From Minisyncoccota bacterium (GTDB taxonomy: Bacteria; Patescibacteriota; Minisyncoccia; Phycocordibacterales; BOKC01), in the NCBI GenBank assembly GCA_030583745.1, contig CP129473.1, forward strand, positions 140,551-204,550: 64,000 nucleotides of DNA. The letters run 5' to 3'. The notes beneath the pieces are model-generated. The model was given only the letters and a program-made list of their open reading frames with translations. It ran no database searches and was not told the DNA's origin. Position numbers and translations under genes: made by a program. Below are positions 16,146 through 24,741 of the stretch, in pieces. Position 1 is the stretch's first letter; each line of letters opens with the position of its first letter.

Positions 16146-17939
16146 CTATTCACCGACAAACCCGTGACTTTGTTGTTTCCAGAGGCGGTAATAAAGCCCA
16201 TTTTTTGAAAGTAATTCTTTGTGTTTGCCCTGCTCAACAATTTCGCCGTTTTCCATAACGACTATTCTATCCATTTTTTGTATTGTGCTTAATCTGTGAG
16301 CTATAACAATTGTTGTTCTGTTTTTCATAAGTTTATCAAAAGCGTCTTGGATGTATTTTTCGCTGATAGAATCAAGCGAGCTTGTTGCTTCATCCAAAAT
16401 TAGTATTGGCGCGTCTTTCAGCATGGCTCTTGCGATTGCAACTCTTTGTCTTTCTCCTCCGGAGAGTTTTACCCCTCTTTCGCCAACATAAGTATTGTAG
16501 CCCTTCGGAAATTTATTGATAAATTCATCAGCATGAGATTTTTTCGCCGATTCCTGAATTTCTTCTTCAGTGGCGTCTGTTTTGCTATAAGAAATATTTT
16601 CTTTCAGGGTTCTATGAAAAAGAATTGGTTCTTGCGGAACATAAGCGATTTTTGTTCGCAGGTCATCTTGGGTTATAGAGCTAATGTTTTGTCCATCTAT
16701 GAGCACTTCTCCACTTTCTATGTCGGCGAATCTTAAGATTATTTTAGTGATTGTGCTTTTACCAGCACCTGATGGTCCAACCAAACCGACTTTTTCCCCC
16801 GGCTCAACATTCAAAGAAAAATTTTTGAAGACAGGATTTCGTGTGCTTTTTTCATCAACTTTTTTGTTGTAGTAAAAACTGATATTTTTTATCTCTATTT
16901 TGCCGTTGGAAATAAGGCACTTTTCTGGCTGTATTGGATCTCTGACCTCAAGCGGTTCTTCGAAAATCTCAATCATCTCTTTAGCTTCAGCTAGGGATCT
17001 CATGATTCTTGTGAAATTTCTACCAAGAGTCCACGTGATGTTAAAAGCCGCGATGATGTAAATCTGCATAAGTATTATTGTTCCAGCTGAGACCATCCCG
17101 TTTATCCAGAGATAAATTACAGAGAACATTCCTACAAATTCAAAAATTCCTATAAATAGACCCTGAAACAGAAATTGAAGATTTTGAAAATACCACGCGT
17201 CTCGCCTCTTTTTTTCTTCATCCGCCGTTGTTTCAGCAAAACTCAAAATTTCTTTTTCACTCGCTGAAAATATTTTTACATTTAGTATGTTGGTTATAAC
17301 GTCTGAAAGTCTGGCTGTGACTCTTGAATCTGCTTCAGCCGTTAATATGTCTTTTTTTATTTTAATTCTAATAAAAGGAATTGAAATCGCCACAAATAAA
17401 GTAAACCAAATCAAGAAAATTATTCCGAGCATGGGCGAGAAGTATGTCAGGACAGCAAAAGCAAATACTAGTCCAAGCCCTTTCATCCAAATTGTAAAAA
17501 TTATCTGATCATATATTTCTTCAAATGCCCTCAAATATCTTCTTATTTTTGCCACTAATGACCCTGAAAAATTGCTGGAAAAGAAATGGTATGAGTGCCG
17601 ACTGACTCTGGCGAAAGCGTCGTCCGCTAGGTCTTTTGCTGCTTTGCTTTGAGAGTAGGCGATTGAATAATCTGCAAGTCGAAAAAGCGTGCTGTATAAG
17701 AAAATTACTCCTCCTAGCATAAGTATGGTCATTATGAGCGATCTGGATAGTTCTTCCGAAACTTCACCCAAAGACACGAGATCCATGATTTTTTTGTATA
17801 AAAGGGGAGAAAAAATATCTGTCAAAACTACAGCCGAGCCAAAAAGCGCGAAGGTCAAAATGACCGTCTTTTTGTATCTTTTAATGTGGGGCCAATAGTA
17901 TTTGAATATCAGCTTTACTGAGATATTTTTATTATTCAT
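16146..17939 (-). CDS. ABC transporter permease/ATPase (MsbA-like exporter)
   Basis: Six-TM N-terminal half, Walker A GPSGAGKST, signature LSGGERQR, Walker B ILILDEATS. Confidence 0.9.
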   Translation of the reverse strand: MNNKNISVKLIFKYYWPHIKRYKKTVILTFALFGSAVVLTDIFSPLLYKKIMDLVSLGEVSEELSRSLIMTILMLGGVIFLYSTLFRLADYSIAYSQSKAAKDLADDAFARVSRHSYHFFSSNFSGSLVAKIRRYLRAFEEIYDQIIFTIWMKGLGLVFAFAVLTYFSPMLGIIFLIWFTLFVAISIPFIRIKIKKDILTAEADSRVTARLSDVITNILNVKIFSASEKEILSFAETTADEEKKRRDAWYFQNLQFLFQGLFIGIFEFVGMFSVIYLWINGMVSAGTIILMQIYIIAAFNITWTLGRNFTRIMRSLAEAKEMIEIFEEPLEVRDPIQPEKCLISNGKIEIKNISFYYNKKVDEKSTRNPVFKNFSLNVEPGEKVGLVGPSGAGKSTITKIILRFADIESGEVLIDGQNISSITQDDLRTKIAYVPQEPILFHRTLKENISYSKTDATEEEIQESAKKSHADEFINKFPKGYNTYVGERGVKLSGGERQRVAIARAMLKDAPILILDEATSSLDSISEKYIQDAFDKLMKNRTTIVIAHRLSTIQKMDRIVVMENGEIVEQGKHKELLSKNGLYYRLWKQQSHGFVGE

Positions 17940-18049
17940 TTGGCGGACAATATTTTACCACAAAACGGGTGTTGGAGGTTGTTTTTTTAAAATTAATCTT
18001 CATATCCACCAATTTGGGGTGGAGTGAGCGTCGAGTGTCATTAGACAGC

Positions 18050-18829
18050 TCAAAGAGACTGCGCGTATTTCGCGCGGTCTTTTTTTATAGATTTTCTTTT
18101 TTCTGTTTTTTTAAACACTAAATATAGCCACTGATTTTTTTTAGAATTTTTATGTTTTTTGATATTAGCAATAAAATCTTCTCGTCCTTTTGCAGATTTA
18201 AAATTTCTACTCATGACTGGAATTTTACTAAAAGTAATTATCTCATCGGCTGTTTTGCTATATTCCTTAACTGATTTAGCAATGAGAGTTAATTTGTTGT
18301 CTTTGGCCCAGGAAGTTAAGTTTTTAAGATTGTAAGGTAGAGGATTTCTTGGCTTATTTTTAAAATACCTATAACTAAAAAATTGATCAGGCAAATTAAA
18401 AGCGAATAGTCCATCATCTTTTAAAATATCAGAAATATTTCTAAAAGTTGTTTTTATCCTCATTTGCCAGAAAGCAGAATTACAAATGACTACGTCTACC
18501 GGCTCTTTAACAACTTTACAAAGATTTTCAGCTTCGGCCACGATAAACTTCATATTTTTTCTATTCTTAAATTTTTCCTGGGCTTTCTTTACCATTGCTT
18601 CCGCTTGGTCAATAGCGATAATACGAACATTGTCTCCAACAGCGTTTATAATTTCTTGTGTTGTTGCTCCAGTTCCAGCTGCTAGGTCAATTATTGTCAT
18701 TCCTGGTTTAACATCTGAAATTTTTACTAGATCTCGACTAGTATTCTTATACATAGAAAAACCAGTAGCATATTTATCATATGCATTTGCATTTTCTTTT
18801 GTATTCCAACTTATTCTGTATTTACTCAC
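18050..18829 (-). CDS. Class I SAM-dependent methyltransferase
   Basis: Motif I IIDLAAGTGATT. Confidence 0.8.
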   Translation of the reverse strand: MSKYRISWNTKENANAYDKYATGFSMYKNTSRDLVKISDVKPGMTIIDLAAGTGATTQEIINAVGDNVRIIAIDQAEAMVKKAQEKFKNRKNMKFIVAEAENLCKVVKEPVDVVICNSAFWQMRIKTTFRNISDILKDDGLFAFNLPDQFFSYRYFKNKPRNPLPYNLKNLTSWAKDNKLTLIAKSVKEYSKTADEIITFSKIPVMSRNFKSAKGREDFIANIKKHKNSKKNQWLYLVFKKTEKRKSIKKDRAKYAQSL

Positions 18830-18867
18830 GATGTTAGATAGAATATAACCTATTTATAATAAATAAA

Positions 18868-18957
18868 AGAGGAGCGAATAGAAATCCGCTCCTTTACTGA
18901 CTTCAGCCGTCGTTGCAGGCGGCGTTGAGGCGATCGCAGCCATTGCGAAACTCTCCT
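18868..18957 (-). CDS. Candidate 29-aa peptide MAAIASTPPATTAEVSKGADFYSLLFYLL downstream of repeat R1
   Basis: RBS aaggagag upstream; the same upstream cassette as the graspetide precursor; shares a TPPx(T/D)(T/D)A motif with the precursor core. Confidence 0.25.
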
Positions 18958-18960
18958 TTC

Positions 18961-19036
18961 GTAAAGAACCTACCCAACCTCTCCGTGAACACTCACAGAG
19001 ATAAAGGTTAGATCTATACTTATGTTGGCGGGGTGG
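18961..19036. repeat. 75-bp direct repeat R1 with an internal palindrome ctctgtgaacactcacagag
   Basis: Near-identical to 21176..21250. Confidence 0.8.
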
Positions 19037-19175
19037 TGACAGAAATTTAGATCTTAAAAAATTAGTATCTTTAAAAACTGACCATTCTGGCCGCGTGTTT
19101 TTACTAAAATTTCTTTTGTTTTTATGATACCTTGCTCTAATCTCTATGATTAAACTAATGTTATAATACGCCGAA

Positions 19176-19886
19176 ATGATTAGAAAAAGAATTTGGTCAA
19201 TAAAAAACTTTTCTTCGGAGGCGTTAAAAAAATACGATCTGTTTTGGATTGGTGAAATTCATGGAATTAGGGAGAACTATAAAGCCTACAAAACGATCCT
19301 ACCTTATCTTGCGAAGAACGGCTTTAGAAATATCTTGTGGGAAATGCCTTCTGATTTTTCAGAAAAAAGTGAATATACTGAAGACGCGAGAATTAACCCG
19401 TTTTCCATCAAATTTTTAAAGTGGCTTAATGAGCAGATTAATATAGGAAATATAGACAACCTTACTTTTTTTGGTGAGACAACCCCAGAAGATTACGGTG
19501 GCATAATACCTGAAGATATACACAGCAGAACAATTGTCCGCGAAAACAGGATGGCGGAAGAAGTAATAGATAAATCACGCAACACTAAAAGTGTGGTTAT
19601 AACAGGTAATTATCACATAATGAACTTGGCAAGTAAGGGAAGAGGAGAAAAATCTGCAGCTGATTTTATAAAAGAGAAAAGCAATCTTAAAATTTTAAAA
19701 ATATATTTAGATTATTCTGGCGGGACATTTTACAATTACGGCTACAAAACACTAATAAAAAAGAATTCTTATAAAGAAAGTAATTTAGAATTTGGTACGA
19801 TAAGTCGACACGGTGATAAGTTCTTTTTCCATGTGGGTAGAGTCAATGCTGTATTTAAAAGTCCCAAAATTAAAACTACCAAATAA
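19176..19886 (+). CDS. ChaN/Tiki/TraB/erythromycin-esterase-like superfamily protein
   Basis: GEIH motif (LFWIGEIHG) and a second GN(Y)H motif (VVITGNYHIM). Confidence 0.35.
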   Translation: MIRKRIWSIKNFSSEALKKYDLFWIGEIHGIRENYKAYKTILPYLAKNGFRNILWEMPSDFSEKSEYTEDARINPFSIKFLKWLNEQINIGNIDNLTFFGETTPEDYGGIIPEDIHSRTIVRENRMAEEVIDKSRNTKSVVITGNYHIMNLASKGRGEKSAADFIKEKSNLKILKIYLDYSGGTFYNYGYKTLIKKNSYKESNLEFGTISRHGDKFFFHVGRVNAVFKSPKIKTTK

Positions 19887-19933
19887 AAAACCCCAACTGC
19901 CAAGTAGCAAGCCGGGGAATAATGATCGGAGCA

Positions 19934-21016
19934 TCAGTCAGGTATCTTTCCTGACCTCAGCATTTCAATGAACATGTCAGACATGACAACCCCAGTTAGG
20001 AACTCAAGCCAGAGCCACTGCCCGTTGGGATTCAAGTCGACAAAAAACTCTTTCCCGTCCTGATCCACCAAAAAGTCCATTGAGCTGAAGGGAAGGTTGA
20101 AGTGATTAAGCACACCGAGGATTTTATCCCGCATATCTTTGGAGATACTGTAGGGGGTATACTCTACCTTCCCCAGCTCTCCTGACCTGATATCAAGAGG
20201 GCGGCCGCCTTTCATTGTTGCTTTGAAAGCGAAGAGATGCCTCCCGATAGCCACAATACGTAGCTCGTGCAGTACCGATATCTTTTCTTGGAAGATGGTT
20301 GGGCAAACGTAGAGTGAAGGATTTTCAAGGTCGTCCCTTGTAACTTCTTGAGTACGCAAGACATGGTAAGTGTCTTCTGATTCTACAAAGGGCACCTTGA
20401 GTGATTTTACGACCACCCCATTTGCACACTCATGGTAGAATGTTTCAATCAACCGGCGGTCCCTAGTTATGAGTGTCTTCGGTACGTTCAAGCCGACTTC
20501 GTGGGCGACAGAGAGTTGGTTTGGTTTTACTCTGGCTTTGTACAGGAGCCATGGCGCAGTTACCCAAAAGGCGGACCCGAAAGCAAAGGTGATGCTCTTG
20601 ATCCACTCCTTGGTTTCTCCCTTGAAGAATTTCAAACCGACTTCGTCAAGCATCTCCGCCGCCTTCTTATCTGAAGAAGGCCTTCGGTACCAGACAGATC
20701 TAACATCTGTTTCCGTGACAGATTCTTGCTCTCTGCAGTCCAACAAAGTCAGCTGATTGGAGTCCGGTTTGAGACCAATTTCGTATCTGTCCAGTTCGTT
20801 TGTGTTAAACCTGAAGACTTGTACGCCAGTTTCCTGCATTCTTGAGCAGATAAAATCAGCATGGGTGTCGAAGTCGCTTGTGATAACTAAGGTAACGTCT
20901 TTCATTTTTGCACAATCCTTTTTCTTCTGTTTGACGTTCCGTGATGAAATTACCCGAAGATACTTTGAAAGTATCTTCGGGTATGTAGAACGAAGTAGCC
21001 GTTGAAGCTCAGTCAT
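19934..21016 (-). CDS. Microviridin/graspetide-type ATP-grasp ligase (MdnC/MvdD-like)
   Basis: Pre-ATP-grasp N-domain VTLVITSDFDTHADFICSRMQETGVQVFRFNTNEL; ATP-grasp core; start ATG overlaps the precursor stop (TGATG). Confidence 0.7.
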   Translation of the reverse strand: MTELQRLLRSTYPKILSKYLRVISSRNVKQKKKDCAKMKDVTLVITSDFDTHADFICSRMQETGVQVFRFNTNELDRYEIGLKPDSNQLTLLDCREQESVTETDVRSVWYRRPSSDKKAAEMLDEVGLKFFKGETKEWIKSITFAFGSAFWVTAPWLLYKARVKPNQLSVAHEVGLNVPKTLITRDRRLIETFYHECANGVVVKSLKVPFVESEDTYHVLRTQEVTRDDLENPSLYVCPTIFQEKISVLHELRIVAIGRHLFAFKATMKGGRPLDIRSGELGKVEYTPYSISKDMRDKILGVLNHFNLPFSSMDFLVDQDGKEFFVDLNPNGQWLWLEFLTGVVMSDMFIEMLRSGKIPD

Positions 21017-21162
21017 CAATCCGACTGAGCATCGTCTGCCACCGGCGGGGTGCGGCAGTAGGTATCACCACTGCAAACCGCAGAAGCAGAATCAGGTTCC
21101 GGTTGATTTTCGCTTTTCGGGATTTCCAGAGACTTCTCGAGGAGAAATGGTTTGTTTTCCAT
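21016..21162 (-). CDS. Graspetide precursor peptide (48 aa)
   Basis: MENKPFLLEKSLEIPKSENQPEPDSASAVCSGDTYCRTPPVADDAQSD. Leader PFLLEKSL resembles the PFFARFL recognition helix; core rich in Thr/Ser/Asp; RBS aagga. Confidence 0.6.
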   Translation of the reverse strand: MENKPFLLEKSLEIPKSENQPEPDSASAVCSGDTYCRTPPVADDAQSD

Positions 21163-21175
21163 TTTCAGTCCTTTT

Positions 21176-21250
21176 CAAAGAACCACTTCTAACCTCTCTG
21201 TGAACACTCACAGAGATAAAGATTAGATCTATACTTATGTTGGCAGGGGG
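21176..21250. repeat. 75-bp direct repeat R2
   Basis: aaagaaccacttctaacctctctgtgaacactcacagagataaagattagatctatacttatgttggcagggggg. Confidence 0.8.
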
Positions 21251-21408
21251 GCGTTTGTTGTCAACTTCATGCCAAAAAATTATCCACAGGGTGATTTAGC
21301 TTGGTTTTATGATTTGTTTTTGAGACTTTGTTTTTACCTATTGCTTATTATCAACAACCCCATCAAAAACCATTTACATTTGGGGTTCTTGTTTTTAATA
21401 AAAAGTTA

Positions 21409-21876
21409 TTAGATATTCCCTTCAGCTTTTCTCTTATATTCTTCAATAGATTCAAGGCCTACTTCTGCCCTTAAATTATTGACTTTGGCTTCATCTTCAA
21501 TCGGTAAAAATTCTATCTCTCCTTCAACTATCTTATATTGAGTTCCATATTTTTGTTTTTTCCCTTCCTGAATTCTTATCTTATCAACAATAAATGCTTC
21601 ATCTTTATTTTCAACACATCCTTTTTTATTTTTTATTTCCTCATAAATAATTTTAATATTTTCAAGTGGCTGATGAAGAGTTAAAATAATTCCTGCTCCG
21701 TACCCTTCTTCGTTAGATGTATTTTTACAGGGGAAACCTTTATTTTTGAAAATATCAAAAAAACTTTTGGAAATATGTTTATTTATTTTTTTAAACTCTT
21801 CTTCAGAAATTTTCCCTTGCCTCAATAACTCAATGTTTTTCTGGTCTTCTTCAAGTAGATTTTTTATCTCGCCCAT
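21409..21876 (-). CDS. Hypothetical protein
   Basis: Intact ORF, K/E-rich, no recognised domain. Confidence 0.4.
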   Translation of the reverse strand: MGEIKNLLEEDQKNIELLRQGKISEEEFKKINKHISKSFFDIFKNKGFPCKNTSNEEGYGAGIILTLHQPLENIKIIYEEIKNKKGCVENKDEAFIVDKIRIQEGKKQKYGTQYKIVEGEIEFLPIEDEAKVNNLRAEVGLESIEEYKRKAEGNI

Positions 21877-22083
21877 GATTTATGATTTTATCATAGAAAA
21901 AGAGCCGCCACCTTATCAACAAACAACTTGGTTTGGAGTTTACACCACCTGAAAGGAGTGATAGAATACAAAAATGCTGAGTTTCGGTCATGGTATTTGG
22001 ATGGAACTGAAGGAAGATAGAATTTTGAATCTTCCAGTGTTTTTAGTAGTTCCAAAAGAATTAAAAATTTTATAAAAGATAAC

Positions 22084-22117
22084 AAAATCCCGTTTTTACG
22101 GGATTTTGTTTTTTTAG
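22084..22117 (+). terminator. Hairpin plus T-run just upstream of the PaaK-like gene
   Basis: aaaatcccgtttttacgggattttgttttttt. Confidence 0.6.
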
Positions 22118-23623
22118 ATGACTAACAGAAAGACAGGTACCGATATAAACAGAGAAATCTTATATATAAATAAGAAAAAAGCTTCTTTCTGGCAAAGTCT
22201 AGGAAGAAGAGAAGTTCTTGCTTTATTCAAGTCAGTTTCTAAGAATGTTCCAGCTTATAGAAAATTTTTAAAAAAATCTAGAATTAGTCCGCAAAAAATT
22301 AAGTCATACAATGATTTTTTGAATATACCGCAAATAAATAAAAAAAATTACATAAGCCAACATCCCATAGAAGATCTTACAAAGAAAGGTTCCTTATCTA
22401 AGCCTTTAATTTTCACTTCAACTTCTGGTTCAACTGGTAAATCTTATTATTTCCACCGTTCTTTCAAGATAGACAAGAATACTTCTATTGCTCACGAGTT
22501 GTTTTTTTTAAATGGAAATTACAAGAAAAACGAGCCAGTGCTAGTTATTGTATGTTTTGGTATGGGCGTTTGGATTGGTGGACTTATTACTTATCAAGCT
22601 TTCAGAATAATGCAAGAAAACGGTTATAATCTTTCTATAATTACTCCTGGCATAAACAAAGAAGAAATTTTTAGAGCACTGAAATCAATAGGGCCATCTT
22701 TTAAAAATATAATTTTAGTCGGTTATCCTCCTTTTATTAAAGATATCGTAGATGAAGCACCTTCTAAGGGTATAAATTGGCAGAATTTTAAAACTAGAAT
22801 TATTTTTGCGGCTGAACCTTTTACAGAAAAATTTAGGGACTATATTGCAAAAAAAGCAGCTGTCCGTAATGTATTTCTTGATACTATGAATATATATGGA
22901 ACTGCGGAGCTAGGAGCAATGTCTTTTGAAACTCCTTTGAGTATAATGATTCGCCGCATTTGTGTGAAAGATGTTAGGTTATTTCACCATATCTTTAGTC
23001 CTATCAATAAAACTCCAACTTTAACTCAATACATACCGTCCTTTATTAATTTTACATCCGATGACGGAAACATTTTGGTTACAGGTGATAACACGATACC
23101 CTTAGTTCAATACGCCTTAGGAGACAGGGGGGGTGTATACTCTTTTAAAGAAGTAATAAAACATTTAAAAGAACTTGGTGTTGATATAAAAAGAGAAGCT
23201 AGAAAAGCGAAAATAGAAAAGGAATTATATGAATTACCTTTCGTATATGTATATGAAAGAGATGATATGTCGACTCATTTTTACGGCCTACAAGTTTATC
23301 CTGAGCCGATAAGAGACACATTGCTTAAACAGCCAGCCTGTGATTATTTAACCGGTAAATTTTCGTTAGAAACTAAATTTGATGCTAGGCAAAATCAATA
23401 TTTTACGGTGCATTTAGAGCTTAGAAATAATCACGGCCTTCCTAATGTAATTAAAAAAGCTGTGTTGAAACTGATCGTTGATAGCTTAGAGAATAAAAAT
23501 TCTGAATACCGGGAATTACATAAATTTTTAGGAAAACGAGCTTTACCCCGTTTAGCTTTCTGGCCAAATGGAGATCCAAATTACTTTAAATCAGGAACCA
23601 AACAAAAATGGGTAAAAAAATAA
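22118..23623 (+). CDS. Adenylate-forming enzyme, PaaK/coenzyme F390 synthetase-like (ANL superfamily)
   Basis: P-loop TSTSGSTGKSYY and A5-like YGTAELG. Confidence 0.65.
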   Translation: MTNRKTGTDINREILYINKKKASFWQSLGRREVLALFKSVSKNVPAYRKFLKKSRISPQKIKSYNDFLNIPQINKKNYISQHPIEDLTKKGSLSKPLIFTSTSGSTGKSYYFHRSFKIDKNTSIAHELFFLNGNYKKNEPVLVIVCFGMGVWIGGLITYQAFRIMQENGYNLSIITPGINKEEIFRALKSIGPSFKNIILVGYPPFIKDIVDEAPSKGINWQNFKTRIIFAAEPFTEKFRDYIAKKAAVRNVFLDTMNIYGTAELGAMSFETPLSIMIRRICVKDVRLFHHIFSPINKTPTLTQYIPSFINFTSDDGNILVTGDNTIPLVQYALGDRGGVYSFKEVIKHLKELGVDIKREARKAKIEKELYELPFVYVYERDDMSTHFYGLQVYPEPIRDTLLKQPACDYLTGKFSLETKFDARQNQYFTVHLELRNNHGLPNVIKKAVLKLIVDSLENKNSEYRELHKFLGKRALPRLAFWPNGDPNYFKSGTKQKWVKK

Positions 23624-24639
23624 ATAGAAAGGAATTTATTTGGCTTGATCGAAATGAAAGCTATTTTTTCCTCAACAGACGAATCCTGAATAAAATAAAG
23701 AAATTTGATAGTTCTATAATAAGTAGATACCCAAGATATGGAGAACTAAAAAAGGTTTTAGCTAAAAGATATAACTCAAATCCAGAAAATATACTTTTAA
23801 CTAACGGCGCCGAGCAATCAATCCGGCTTTTCATTCAAACTTTTTTTAAAAAGGGTGATAAGGTTCTACTTCCAGCTCCGACATTTGTAGTTTTTACTCT
23901 AGCTCTTAAATCAATCGGTATAAAACCAAATGTAATATTTTACAAAGAACTTAATAATAAGTTTATATTTCCTACTGCAGAAGTCATATCTGCGATAGAC
24001 AAAAAAACAAAAGGAATACTGTTATGTAATCCAAATAATCCTTTAGGTTCTAGTATCACACGGAAAGAAATTTTATCAATATTAAATAAAACTAGGAAAT
24101 TTAAAATTCCAGTAGTTATAGATGAAGTTTATTCAGAGTTTTCTGGTTATTCTTCAATTAAGCTTACAGAAAATTATAAAAACTTAATTATTATAAAATC
24201 TTTCTCCAAAGAATTTGCTATGGCGGGTCTGAGGTTAGGATTTTTAGTCGCAGAAAAAGAAATGATAAATAAACTAGAAGAAAAAAGAGACTTACCTTGG
24301 GCGGTAAATCACTTTGCCATCCATACAGCAATGATATTGCTTAGAGAGAGAAAGTATCTCAGGAAAAAAATTAAAGAAGTTTTGAAGATAAAAAAAGAGT
24401 TAGTAAATTTTTTAAGACTTAAAGGTTTGAAATGTTATGAAACTGATACAAATTTTGTGATAATAAAACACAAAAATTATAAAAAGTTACTTAAAAATTT
24501 AGCATTTAAGGGGATATTTCTAAGTGAGACATCTAAGTACGCTTACGGACAAAAATTGTTAAAAGGGACTATTAGAATGGGTGTGCCCTCAAAAGAAGAT
24601 TTTAAAAAGATAAAACAGCGTTTTAGTAAAATTCACTAA
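23608..24639 (+). CDS. PLP-dependent aminotransferase class I/II (HisC-like)
   Basis: SFSKEFAMAGLRLG with the PLP lysine; LCNPNNPLG. Confidence 0.75.
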   Translation: MGKKINRKEFIWLDRNESYFFLNRRILNKIKKFDSSIISRYPRYGELKKVLAKRYNSNPENILLTNGAEQSIRLFIQTFFKKGDKVLLPAPTFVVFTLALKSIGIKPNVIFYKELNNKFIFPTAEVISAIDKKTKGILLCNPNNPLGSSITRKEILSILNKTRKFKIPVVIDEVYSEFSGYSSIKLTENYKNLIIIKSFSKEFAMAGLRLGFLVAEKEMINKLEEKRDLPWAVNHFAIHTAMILLRERKYLRKKIKEVLKIKKELVNFLRLKGLKCYETDTNFVIIKHKNYKKLLKNLAFKGIFLSETSKYAYGQKLLKGTIRMGVPSKEDFKKIKQRFSKIH

Positions 24640-24684
24640 TTTTTAAAATATTTTTCCCTAATCCTTCTACCCAATCTTTTTGAC

Positions 24685-24738
24685 ATGATAAAAACTATTT
24701 TATACTTCCTGAAATTAAATAAATTATGTTTTAATTAA
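24685..24738 (+). CDS. Candidate 17-aa peptide MIKTILYFLKLNKLCFN ending in Asn (MccA-like?)
   Basis: Stop codon 3 nt before the ThiF/MccB-like ATG; the terminal Asn is a hallmark of microcin-C-type precursors; no obvious SD. Confidence 0.25.
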   Translation: MIKTILYFLKLNKLCFN

Positions 24739-24741
24739 AGT

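Noticed and set aside
21973-22125. 50-aa ORF upstream of the PaaK-like gene, considered as a precursor peptide
   Set aside because: It reads straight through a strong terminator hairpin and into the next gene's start, and the RBS spacing is poor.
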